Source: Eledone cirrhosa (Eukaryota). Taken from it: a DNA stretch of 64,000 nt. The DNA is taken from NCBI GenBank assembly GCA_964016885.1, contig OZ024742.1, positions 38,502,001 through 38,566,000 on the forward strand, in the 5' to 3' direction. Below are positions 1-11,055 of this stretch, in pieces; positions within the stretch are counted from its first letter, which is position 1, and the number at the start of each line of letters is the position of its first letter. The notes beneath the pieces are model-generated. The model ran no database searches and was not told the DNA's origin. It saw only the letters and a program-made list of their open reading frames with translations. The position numbers and the translations under genes are program-made.

Positions 1-141
1 CCAACAATTACCCAGTGCATTATTCTATCGACCCCGTAAGGATGAAAAGCAAAGTCAACCTCGGCGGGATTTGAACTCAGATTATAAAGGGACGTAACTA
101 TGCTGGGAAGCATGGCGTCCGACCCTCTACCGATACTGTCA
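1..141 (-). mobile_element. tRNA-derived SINE, family A
   Basis: Minus strand has an A box (tg[a/g]cagtatcggtag), B box gagttcaaatcc and core gaggttgactttgc(c/t)tttcatccttacggggtcga. Other copies lie at ~2346-2490, 27170-27360, 27883-28063, 38560-38745, 50082-50230, 61095-61266 and 62700-62915. Confidence 0.85.
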
Positions 142-1120
142 TTTATATAAATAATGAAAAGAAGTGGGCCCAACACAATGCCTTGTGGAACGCCACTAGT
201 GACTTTGGCTGGGCTTGATTGCACTTCTTCGACTATAGCATGTTGGGCTCTGTTTGACAGGAAACACTTGATCTATTGCAGCAACTTTCCAGAGACACCA
301 ATGTTGGATATTTTTTTAGTAGAATGTTGTGATCAACCCTGTGAAAAGCCTTGCTGAAATCAAGGTATATGACACTAATGCTGGAGCCCTTTCCCAAAGC
401 TCTTAAAATGTCATGAGAGATGCAGGAGCTGCGTTAGGTGGTTCTTTCCATTACAGAACCCATGTGCAGCAGATTGTTGCTTTCAAGAAAGTGAATTATT
501 TGTGATCTCACCATCTTCTCAAATAATTTAATGATATGAGGGTTGAGTGAGATTGGACAGTAATTCACTGCAAGAGACTTGTTTCCCTTTTTGAAAACTG
601 GGACGGAATGTTTTCAGGTATATAGCCAGCATCCAGTGAGTTCCTCCACAGATTTGCTAGAGGAGATGCAAGTTGGTGTTGACACACCTTCAGGACACTA
701 GCAGGAAACCTATCGGGGCCTACTACTGTGTTGTGCTTAATTTTGACATCAGGGGCTCCAAACGTTATGTCCGATAAAGTGTGTTTGGCATTAACATCAC
801 TGATACAGCCCAGGTCAGCCTTATCAAGATTGCTGAAAACGGAGCAGTATTGTTTCTGCAGTCTCTCACCCATGATTTTAGCATTGTCTTGGAGAGTGCA
901 AATGAAAAGAAGACTTTGAGAATGAGTTTGATCTTCTTAATAATCCATTTCTCCTCAGCTGTTCTTTGGTTATTAATGATGGTCTTCATACATTGTTGGA
1001 GATTATATTCTTTTGATTTGTGTAGTGAATGTGTGTGTTGCTGTTGGCAGTATTTTAGTTTGTTGATTTTTTTTGATTTTTTCTTATAATAGTTTTTCTG
1101 TTTTAGGGGATTCTGCACTT
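136..1120 (-). mobile_element. Degenerate CR1/L2-group LINE RT fragment
   Basis: Minus-strand translation SGVPQGIVLGPLLFIIYIND, DFSKAF and GPDRFPASVLK...LASPL; frames broken. Confidence 0.8.
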
Positions 1121-2489
1121 AGTTTTGTTCACAGATCTTGGTGTATTGATAGAAGGGCTGACTCATTGTATATTGAATAGAAATGTTTAGGCTAGAGTAG
1201 TGGCTGGTTTTGACTGTTTCAAGGGGCTTGCTTTGTTTTTGCTTGTTAGTGACAGCAATGTGGGGAATTGGTGCACTGAGATAATAGCAGAGGATGGTGT
1301 TGTGTGATAGCTAGTTTTTTTTGTATGTCTTTTGTCTGGTTCATCATGGCTAAAAAGGAGTTTTCTTGTTTAGGGAGCAGTTGTTGACTGGAGGTGTGGT
1401 TGCACTGTTGGATAAGGTTATAGTTTCCACTTTTGGTTGTGTTTTTGTTTTTATACCTTTGTGAAAATTCTGGACCAGCATTACTACAGCAGGGGGTGAT
1501 TTTACTGTGGGTTAGGTGTTGGCTTGGGGCCCTATTTCTATTAGTGCATTGTGACCCTGGAAGATGACTGAAGGGGCAGTCACACTGCAATCATAGTCTC
1601 CCGCATTGAGATTACCAACAAATTTTAGGATTCCGAGTTGCACGTATTTTAGCGTTTAATTTAGTATTTGCTGGTAGTGTTCATATGAATTGTGTGTCTC
1701 GTCCCAGGTAGATACATGAAGATGCAGTGAATGCATGTACAGAACCACTGGCGTAGTGAATATTGGCATATTTTGGGGTTTCTTGTTTGGGCTGTGGAGG
1801 TGGGGGCCATTCTGCTTCATAGATTTTGACAAGTTTTTCATAAAACTGTAGGATTGAGGTGGAGATAAGGGAAAGAAAGCAGTGGCTTATTATTAGTTGA
1901 GGTGGTAGAAATGTTAATAGTAGTAGCAGTAGAAGATGATAATGATGATAATTGTGGTAGTCACACTGATGAGTAAATCCTTTATTGTGTTGAAATTTAG
2001 GAGTGGCTCTTCTTGTTGTTTTTGTAATTGCTGTTCTTATTGATTCACTTGACCAATATTTTGAGAAAAAATATGGCAAAATTTTTCAAAGTGACTCTGT
2101 GTTAGTTTGAATAAGACCTCGATGTATTTCAGTTTGCTTCATATCTGCTTTACAGACTGCGTGTTGAATATTTTCAGTTTGGGAGAGACAAAACCATGAA
2201 TTTATGAGGAGGTTGATTTTATTCTCAGACCAATTTCGTTTGTTGTAAACGTGTTGATTATTCATTTTTTTCTCCTTTCTTTTATATATTCTCTCTTATG
2301 TGCGATTTTTTGGTGATTTGAGAATATTAAAGAACAAGTGTATATAATAATTGTTTCTACTTTTGGCACAAGGCCAGCAATTACCCCAGTGTATTACTGG
2401 TGCTTTATTTTATCAACTCCGTAAGGATGAAAGGCAAAGTTAACCTCGGTGGGATTTGAACACAGAACGTGAAGGGGCCTGTAACTCTG

Positions 2490-5400
2490 TCGCGAAGAAA
2501 TCCTCCTTCCAACAAAAATCTAGTGCAATTCGAGGAAGAGTTAACTAAAATTATAAAAAATCTTAAATTCAAGAGATACCCTTACAAAGGACAAGAGCAC
2601 CTTGTAAATCTCAAGAACACAATTTCAAACCTAAATTCCTCAAAAAATGTTTTAGTCCACTCTGACAAAACCAATAATTTATATGGTATTTCCAAGGATA
2701 ATTATAACAACCTTATCCTAAAGGAACTTAGGAAAAAATATCGTAAAACCAACCATGATAATTTAGAATACATAAACTTTGAAGCCTCTGAGATTATGTC
2801 AAAACTTGGCATCGAAAAAAAGACCGAACCATTCCTCCCAAGAACTCCGAGGATAAATCTCAAGGACCACAAAAACAATTTTTGCACTGAACTACCTGTT
2901 AGATTAATCGCCCCCTCTAAATTAGATCTGGGGGTTGTTAGTAAAGCCATCTTGGATAGAATTATCCCACAGGTTCGTTCTAATTGCTCTTCTTTGAACT
3001 TAAATTTATGGTTTGGTACTTCTGAAGTGATTGGTTGGTTCAACAAATTGAATAAAAAAAAACAAACTAAAATTTGTTCAATTTGATATTGCCAGCTACT
3101 ATTCTTCTATTTCGCCTTCACTTCTCAATAATGCTCTATCTTTCGCACTTAAATATTCTGACATCACCACAGATGAACTTCACATCATTCTCACCGCACG
3201 TAAAACCATCCTAGAGTTCAACAATGAATATTGGACCAGAGCCGATACCTCTAACAACTTCGACATCACAATGGGAGCATCCGATTCATCCCAATTGACA
3301 GATTTAATTGGTATCTTTATTTTGAACTCTTTGAGTCGGAAAATTCCTCAACTTTGCGGTGGAATTTATTGTGACGATGGACTCTTTACTATCTTAAATT
3401 GCAACATAGTTAACCTTAATATTATTAAGAGCAATATACGTAATCTCTTTAACCAACATAACCTAAAAATTGAATTTGATAACAGCATCAAACTAGCTAA
3501 TTTCTTGGATGTATCTCTTAATCTTGACACTGGCCTATATTACCCTTACCATAAAAACAATGAGAACCTAAATTATGTTAATTTTAAATCTAACCATCCT
3601 ACTAATATCAAGAATGCTATAGTTAGTAATATTGGAAAAAGAATATCTAACCTATCTTCCAATAAAAACATCTTTGATGCTAACGCCAATTACTATAATA
3701 ACGCGCTTTCTAAAGCCGGCTATCCTGATATAATCAAATATAGTAAAGAAACAAATTCTAGAAGATCTTACTGTAGAATAATTAATCATGATCATTCCAA
3801 TAACTTTAATAAAAGACCTAAATACAAAAACATAATCTGGTATAATGCTCCTTTCTCCATCTCTATTAATAATAATATTCCTAAATTATTCTTTAGTGCC
3901 TTAAATAAATGCTTCCCTCCCTCACATATCTATAGTAAAATATTTAACAAGCACACTATAAAATTTTCCTATTCGACATCCTCCAACATTTCCAACATTA
4001 TCTCAAAACACAACAATAAAATACTAAATACTAAATCTCTTCCTTCCAACACTGAATATCATAATAATAGTACTCCCGACGTCATTGTAAACCCTAGGCT
4101 AATTTCTGCAAACCCAAATACGTCAAACACAACTTCGCTAAATGTTCTTAATCCCATTCTAAATCATGAAACTATTATTCCTATCGCAAATAACTTCTCC
4201 AATCCAATTCCTTCTATAGATAACACTAGGTCACTCGTTAATAATCTCTCTAATCGCAATTGCAATTGCCCTGTTAAAAATAAATGTCCTCGCAACAACC
4301 ATTGTCTTGATAAAAACTTAATTTACGAATGTAAAGTTATAACTGACACCAATTCCTTCACCTATTTTGGCTCCACTTCCACCTCCTTTAAAGCTCGTCT
4401 TTATAACCATCATTTGTCTTTTAAATACAAACTTAAAAGAACCAACACGGCTCTCTCAGAACTCATATGGTCCTTGAAAGACAAAAATATTAAATATAGC
4501 ATCTTTTGGAAGAAGGTTTCTTCTGCGTCTCCATACTTGAACAGTTCTCTATCCAAGATTTGCAATCTCTGTCTAAATGAAAAATTTACCATTATATCTA
4601 ATTTAGATTCTATAATAAATAGACGCACTGACTTGTTTTCTATCTGCTTGCATAAATTCCACAAAGTATACAGCTAATATCCAAAACTTTATCAATTTAG
4701 AATCTTTTTCTCAAAGGCACATATATATATATATACTTCTTTAAAAATATACCCATCTTTCTACCTTATTTCAAAGTTATTTATTATACATTATATAATA
4801 CTTGTTACTCATTCTATATCACTCCTATTTATCACTTCCCTTTCTTCTCTTTTTCTTTTAATGTCTAACCCCTAATCTGTACCTTTTCTCACTGTTGCCT
4901 AACATAGAAACAATTATTACATAATACAATACATTCTTACTCTATATCACCTTGTAAAAATCCTTCGTAAACATAAACATTTTTTTTGACGTTAGATTAT
5001 TCATCCTCAATTCATTATTTTTTTCTCCCTTTCATCTAACTTACTCATGCTCATCTCACAATATATCCTTATTTACATTACTTGTTGCTCTTTTTAATAA
5101 TACATATCAACATTTTCTTTTCCATCGCACATATTATTAAACCCTTAAATATTATTCTTAATACATATTAACATTTTCTTTTCATCGCACATATTATATA
5201 TACAAACCTTAACTTTACATTATTTTTTTCTCTTCGTTAATTTTCAAATTCTTTTAATTTATACATTATCTTCCAACGGTTTTCAACCTCTCTATGTAAA
5301 ACAATATATTTCTCTCAGTTATAAAAGCTATCTCTCTCTCTCTATCACCCATCTCTCCTCCTACCTCATCCTTCCTCATTATACTCCTCCCTCTCCACTT

Positions 5401-5640
5401 TTTACTCTCATCTCCTCCTCTTTTTCATCCTTTCCACCCCACCCTCAAAATAAAATATTTTTTCCCAATATCACACATCAATCTAAAACTACTTTTCATA
5501 TGTTGATTTAAAACTGCACTATCCACAAGTGCTTTTTAACCTTCATATCATGTCTTCCTGTTTTATCTGATGAAAACACAAATATTATTGCATGTTGATA
5601 TTTGTTTTTGAAATGCGCATAATAAAATACATGGAACTCT
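2490..5640 (+). mobile_element. Penelope-like element, Naiad-type (RT + GIY-YIG), 5'-truncated, with 3' hammerhead
   Basis: ORFs 2469-3086 and 3271-4677 join if one A is removed from the A9 run at 3054-3062. Motifs: DKT, LKDHK, QFDI..YY, FDITMG, IYCDD, FLDV, CNC..CP...CL, YFGST..FK.R..NH. Confidence 0.92.
5555..5636 (+). ncRNA. Type I hammerhead ribozyme, intact core
   Basis: Stem I TTTTAT(5561-66)/ATAAAA(5622-27); CTGATGA at 5567; stem II ACAAATATTA/TGATATTTGT; GAAA at 5610; palindromic stem III TGCGCA; AUA cleavage triplet. Confidence 0.85.
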
Positions 5641-5819
5641 TTTAACCATCTTTTGTTCTTATATATTATATATTATATATATATATATTATATATATATT
5701 CATTAGTTAAGCAAAACAAGACCACAAATTTCACAAGGAAGACATTATTAAAGGATTGTCAACATATTTTAGTTTGATGTAAGGAATGTAGAGAATAATA
5801 ATAATATTAATAATAATAA

Positions 5820-8340
5820 TGTCTGTTTACAATTGTTTCGCTACTCCATATAATATTTCTGGATCAGATGACTATATATCATAATTGATCTGGTTCAGTT
5901 GAAAATAATTAACATATTTAAAAGACAGAGCGGCTCATCGGAACTTTAAAGGAATATAAATTAAAATAATGAGGTAATGTTACATAATATGATGTTCCAT
6001 ATATTGGTTTTTACTATGGTGTCTTGGTTGTATCAGTTGTCAGCCATAATCAAGCAGTATTCATCTGCCGAGGCTGCATTGTGTGAGATCTGCCTATGGG
6101 TAACAAGATGGCTGCCAAAGGGCATATTTACCTTACTAATTAGAGGGTGGTTTCAGAGGAAGTAACTTCTCGAGAGATTAGAAATTGTGGGTGTTTATAG
6201 TTAAGTGGTAATTTAAAATTTTTTTTTTAATTGAGAGACAATGTAGGGGAGGTAACTTATAATTATCGTGTTGTTCATAGCAATTTAACTTATTAGCTAC
6301 AAGTAAAAATGGGGCTACATGACTAAGTTGGGTAAAACATTCTATTGGCGAAGGAATTAGCCCTTCGATGTTGACAGCTAATAGTTACCTCCGTTAATCG
6401 ATAGAGGTCGTGATAGAGTTATGTTATATGCTTCCGTAATACAGAGATCACAAGATTTTCTTCGTCCATTAAACGGTTTGGCCCTAGCCACGATATCCCA
6501 TTTTAGTGAGTGTTGAATGTTGTTTAATTTAAGGTTTTTAATGAGCCTAGCTAGCGATGTCGAACATCTGTTGCTAGGGTCTCGGAAGGAAAAAGAGTGC
6601 GCGTTATAGCGTACCTTAAAAGGGTTAGAAGTAGACTCGATATAAGAGCTGGTATTCGAAGCAGTTTTAACTGTGCACCTATAGACTATGTTGGGTGTCA
6701 GCAGTGTCCATTTAATGGGTATGCATTGGGGTAACGGCAGTTGCAGTTGCTTCTGTGGTTAGTGAGAGTAGGGTTGTTTAACCTAAGCGGTAGGTCCGTG
6801 CTAGAAGGATTAGATGGGGGAGGTGTGCTACTAGAGTAATTATTGGTGTAGTGGCGTGGTGTATTTGATAGAGGTGGTGGTACCGCGGTGTGGGAGTTAT
6901 ACTGTCTTAGCTTATGATGGTTACTGAACGCGATGTGGCTAGCTAGGTTAGGTGTTGTGGAGAATGAGATTTTAATGTTATTTTTATTAAAGAGTTTGTA
7001 ATATCTATGGTTGGGGAGGGAAGTGTTTAGATAGGATAGAGAAGAAGCGTTTGGGGATATTAGTGGCTAGATTGGATGATATTTCTAGGTCTATTCCTTC
7101 TAGGGGTTCTAGTGGAGTTGGTAGGGGCCTTCCTAGGGTTATTATTACCTGGGGATTTGTTATTTGCCATCCCATTTCTCATTCCTATTCTAGGGTTGAT
7201 TTTTAGTTTGCTACTTGGAGTGGGGAGCAGGCCGCTGCCACCATTAAAGTTCCCTGTATAGGTGCTGTTACTGCTAAAATTCCGGCAAATCTGGCTATAT
7301 GCTAAGGTATTTCTAGTTCTAGTGTTAAGTTTATTATGGTGAATTGCTGTGTTATGGCATTTAGGTATGTAATAAATTGATTGTTTATAACCAGATTCAG
7401 AGAGAGCCTTATTATAATATTGTGCGTGGTTTATAAATATCTCCTCATTTGCTGATAGCATTGAGATCCTATAGGAGATAGATTTGATGACTGCCGGTGG
7501 GTGGTTAGAGTGTGGGCTAATATATGTGAGTATTTCACCTGGTTTATGGTAAGGGTTATATAGGTTATTGTTGAGATCCAGGGTGACGTCTAGGAAGTTT
7601 ACTACTTTATGGTTCGGCTCGATGGTGATAGAGAGACCGTTATTTTTTAAGAATCTATGTAATTGTTTCTTTAGCAAATCGATTCCCCGATTAGTGCAAT
7701 TTTGGACTGCAAATAGGGTGTCGTCCCTGTATATTCCGCCTTGCATGGGTTGGATTTCGGCTCTGATGTTACGTAATAGGTAAATTCCAACTAAATCGGT
7801 GATTTGCGCGGAGTCACTTGAGCCCATCGTAATGTCAAAGTTGTCTGTTCTATCTTTTCTAGTCCAGAGTGCTCTGTTGAATTCAATGATAGTCTGCCTA
7901 GCCATAAGTATGATGTTAATCTCATTATTGGTTATGTCCGAGTTGGTGCTGGCTAGGGCTAATGCTTTGTTGCGAAGTTCCGGGGTTATTGACGCGTAAT
8001 AGCTGTCTATGTCAAATTGGATGAACCTCATAGATTGCTTGGACCTTAGATCGGAGAACCATCTAATGACTTGGACGGTGTTGGACCACAACTTGTAGGT
8101 GGTATCATCCCGTAGCCCAGGGATTATCCTATCAAGGATGTTCTTACTGATGCGGCCCAGGTCAGATGTGGTTGGGCTTATGAGTCTAATAGATGGGTTC
8201 TCTATAAAGTTTGGCTTGTGATCCTTGAGAGAGAACCTTGGGGTTGTTGGTACATAAGGGTGGGTAAATCTATCCAGATGCAAGTCCTTAACCAAAGCCT
8301 GGGCTTTTCGGTTAAGTACGTTTACACTGGAGGGTGTAGT
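5820..8340 (-). mobile_element. Second Naiad-type Penelope-like element, 5'-truncated and frameshifted
   Basis: ORF 7060-8355 has LKDHK, QFDIDSYY, FDITMGSSDSAQ, IYRDD and FLDV. Downstream frames encode CNCR...GHC, IVYRC, YIESTSNPFKVRYNAH and CDLC, ending at ~6323. Confidence 0.92.
5825..5945 (-). ncRNA. Degenerate hammerhead motif at the 3' end of the second PLE
   Basis: Minus strand: GTT-CCGATGA-GCCGCTC...GAGTAGC-GAAA-CAATTG-TA-AAC. Core U4>C variant, only a 3-bp stem I, long stem II insert. Confidence 0.55.
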
Positions 8341-8407
8341 TTTTTTTATAAACATATATAAATATGAATATTACTATATATATATATATATAATATATAC
8401 ATATATA

Positions 8408-8450
<43 letters not shown>

Positions 8451-8721
8451 ATTATATATATATATATTATATATATATATATTATATATATATATAGTAA
8501 TATTTATATTTATATATGTTTGATATAACTATAAATATGTAGGGTAGTTCTAAGTACTAGCCGGTTACCGGTATGACAAAAGGCTCAATGCAAATTTTCA
8601 AGTGTTTTACAGAGCCGAGATACAAAGTGTTAAAACGATCAAATTTTAGTTTAGAACATTTGTTTAGAACAAATGTTCTAAACTAAAATTTGATCGTTTT
8701 AACACTTTGTGTATATATATA

Positions 8722-9617
8722 TCATAAACTATAAAGCTCAGTGTGTGGTCATGCTCCTTCGTTATAGAAATCTACGATATAGAATTTCTTCAATTGAAAT
8801 TTACAATTCAGTATTCGAAATAGTTTCGATTGCGTCTTGACGCAGATAATTTTTTCAATTTCACCCACAATTACGCAAAAAATAGATAAAACTCAATATT
8901 TTACGATTTTTCTCTCTCATTTAAACTGCTAAACTCTTTCCACTACCATTCAAAATCTATACAACTTCATACTTTCTGCTACTTTCTCTTTCCAAGCTTG
9001 ATGGTGATACTGTCCGTTCGCACCACTCCCTACTTTCTTAAATTTAGAAAACACATATCCTCTATGAGGTTACTAAACCTGCTAGAAACAGCAGCTAACT
9101 CTCCCCCATATCACACCCCTCCCTACTGTCTTAAATTTAGAAAACATCTTCTATGAGGTCACTAAACCTGCTAGAAACAGCAGCTAACTCTCCCCCCAAT
9201 TCACACCACTCCCTACTTTCTTAAATTTAGAAAACACATATCCTCTATGAGGTCACTAAACCTGCTAGAAACAACAGCTAACTCTCCCTCATATCACAAC
9301 CCTCCCTACTGTCTTAAATTTAGAAAACACACAGACAACCATGCAGAACAACTCCATCACAGCTCTGTTGTTCGGCTGGCATCGTCTACGCGCGTGTTGC
9401 ACAAGTACTGTGAAACAATAAATTTCAACACTTTTTTGCACAGAGATAATATCCATAGGCGAAACTACAATTGTCACTGCTGGCGCAGCTCATGCTTCCA
9501 GGTCTGCCATTCATTCACCCAGTGCCTGGCAGACAAAAAAGTGCTGCCATAAAATGGCTGGTGCAACCTAACTTTGGTAACTTAATGACCCCGAGCAACG
9601 CCGGGCTTTAATGTTAG
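8722..9617 (+). mobile_element. Non-autonomous Helitron
   Basis: 5' A|TC start (tcataaactataaagct); 3' hairpin CCCG-agcaacgc-CGGG (9590-9605) followed by TTAG|T; no TSD; internal tandem repeats. Confidence 0.65.
9020..9330 (+). repeat. ~90-97-bp tandem repeat, ~3.3 copies, inside the Helitron
   Basis: Recurring ctatgaggtcactaaacctgctagaaacagcagctaactctcc...ccctactgtcttaaatttagaaaacac. Confidence 0.9.
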
Positions 9618-9827
9618 TATATATATATATGCTTCAAGCAAACTATTAATATAACATATATGTGTGTGTGTGAGTCCCGGGTTCAATCGGGGGGTAACCA
9701 CAGTAAGTTAGGTAGTCAATACATAGTAGAGTATGTACAAGATTAAATATAGAAATGGCTTCTACAGGACTAGAACTGCTTCATTCGAAGGAAATCATCA
9801 GGACTCTTATCTAGTCCTGTAGAAGCC

Positions 9828-9975
<148 letters not shown>

Positions 9976-10010
9976 CAAAATGAAAATCCGAAGGCAAGGT
10001 AAAATTCCAA

Positions 10011-10098
10011 TCATTTAATCACGACACATGTTTCAATAAGAGATAGATCGATTGTGAAGCCATGATCGATCATCACTGATCTCATCAGGTGAAAATGA
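10011..10098 (-). ncRNA. Type I hammerhead ribozyme, intact core, ORF-less
   Basis: Minus strand: TCAC-CTGATGA-[stem II including GATCGAT/ATCGATC]-GAAA-CATGTG-TC-GTGA; GUC triplet. Confidence 0.85.
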
Positions 10099-10345
10099 AT
10101 TGTTTTCAAATTCTTGATATGAGTGAGAAAAAATAACGATGTTCTCTCTCAGAATTCATTCCCTCATATTACTATATAACAACTATATATATATACAGTA
10201 TTTTCCGTTGTGTTGTAATATAAATATTACACACAGTAGATTGACAGCTCACGTAGAGTTTGCTCGACGATTCCAGTTGTAATTCCAAAAGTAATCCGGA
10301 GAAAAATAGAAAGATTTGAATGGATACAGTTTAGTTGAAAGGAAT

Positions 10346-10466
10346 TTATTGACACGTGTTTCTATAACAGTTACATAACCTGAAAACAGCTGCTATCTAC
10401 AAAGTATTAGTTATGCAGACATTCAATATTTCAATGTTATTATTTACTGTCATTTCATCAGAATAA
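10346..10466 (-). ncRNA. Type I hammerhead ribozyme with ~95-nt stem II
   Basis: Minus strand: TTATT-CTGATGA-aATGACAGT...ACTGTTATa-GAAA-CACGTG-TC-AATAA; palindromic stem III; GUC triplet. Confidence 0.82.
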
Positions 10467-11017
10467 TATTACTGAGGACCTGTTTGGTTTTTATAGAGAA
10501 TATTAGGAGGGAGGGGTGAAGTTGTTAGAAGAATAGTTGAGGGAGTGGTTTTTTGATAGCAGTGAGAATTTTTGGTGGCAGTGAGTAATTAGATTCCCAT
10601 CTGTTGTTTTGACATTTTTATAGAATATATTATTGGTTATTTTTCTAAATCTATAGAAGGATTAGAGATAGTAAAGATATGCGTGGTTGGTTTTATGTTT
10701 GCACTTAATTAACATTCAAACTTAAATTTTTCTTTCAAGTTTACGTATCCTTTCACCCACGCATTCACACACAAACATATTTGCACACCTCTACAAAATA
10801 CATATACTCACATTCACATAGTAACATGTTCATACTTACATACATATACACATGCATACATATATATATATACACACATGTATTCATGTACATACATACG
10901 CGTTCATGTGTATACATTTTTATACTCAACTTATCTTTATATACACACTTATAGACACACACATATATACATACATACTCTAGTCTATGTGTACATATAT
11001 ACATATACATATATATC

Positions 11018-11055
<38 letters not shown>

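Noticed and set aside
1246-2079. Minus-strand ORFs as a host gene
   Set aside because: Low complexity with no recognisable domain or splice structure; probably the decayed 5' part of the adjacent LINE.
6690-6720. In-frame TGA after GHC in the second PLE, as possible selenocysteine recoding (reported for some Naiads)
   Set aside because: The conserved protein continues in another frame (LTPNIVYRC), so this is a 1-nt deletion. The TGA is not at a Cys position.
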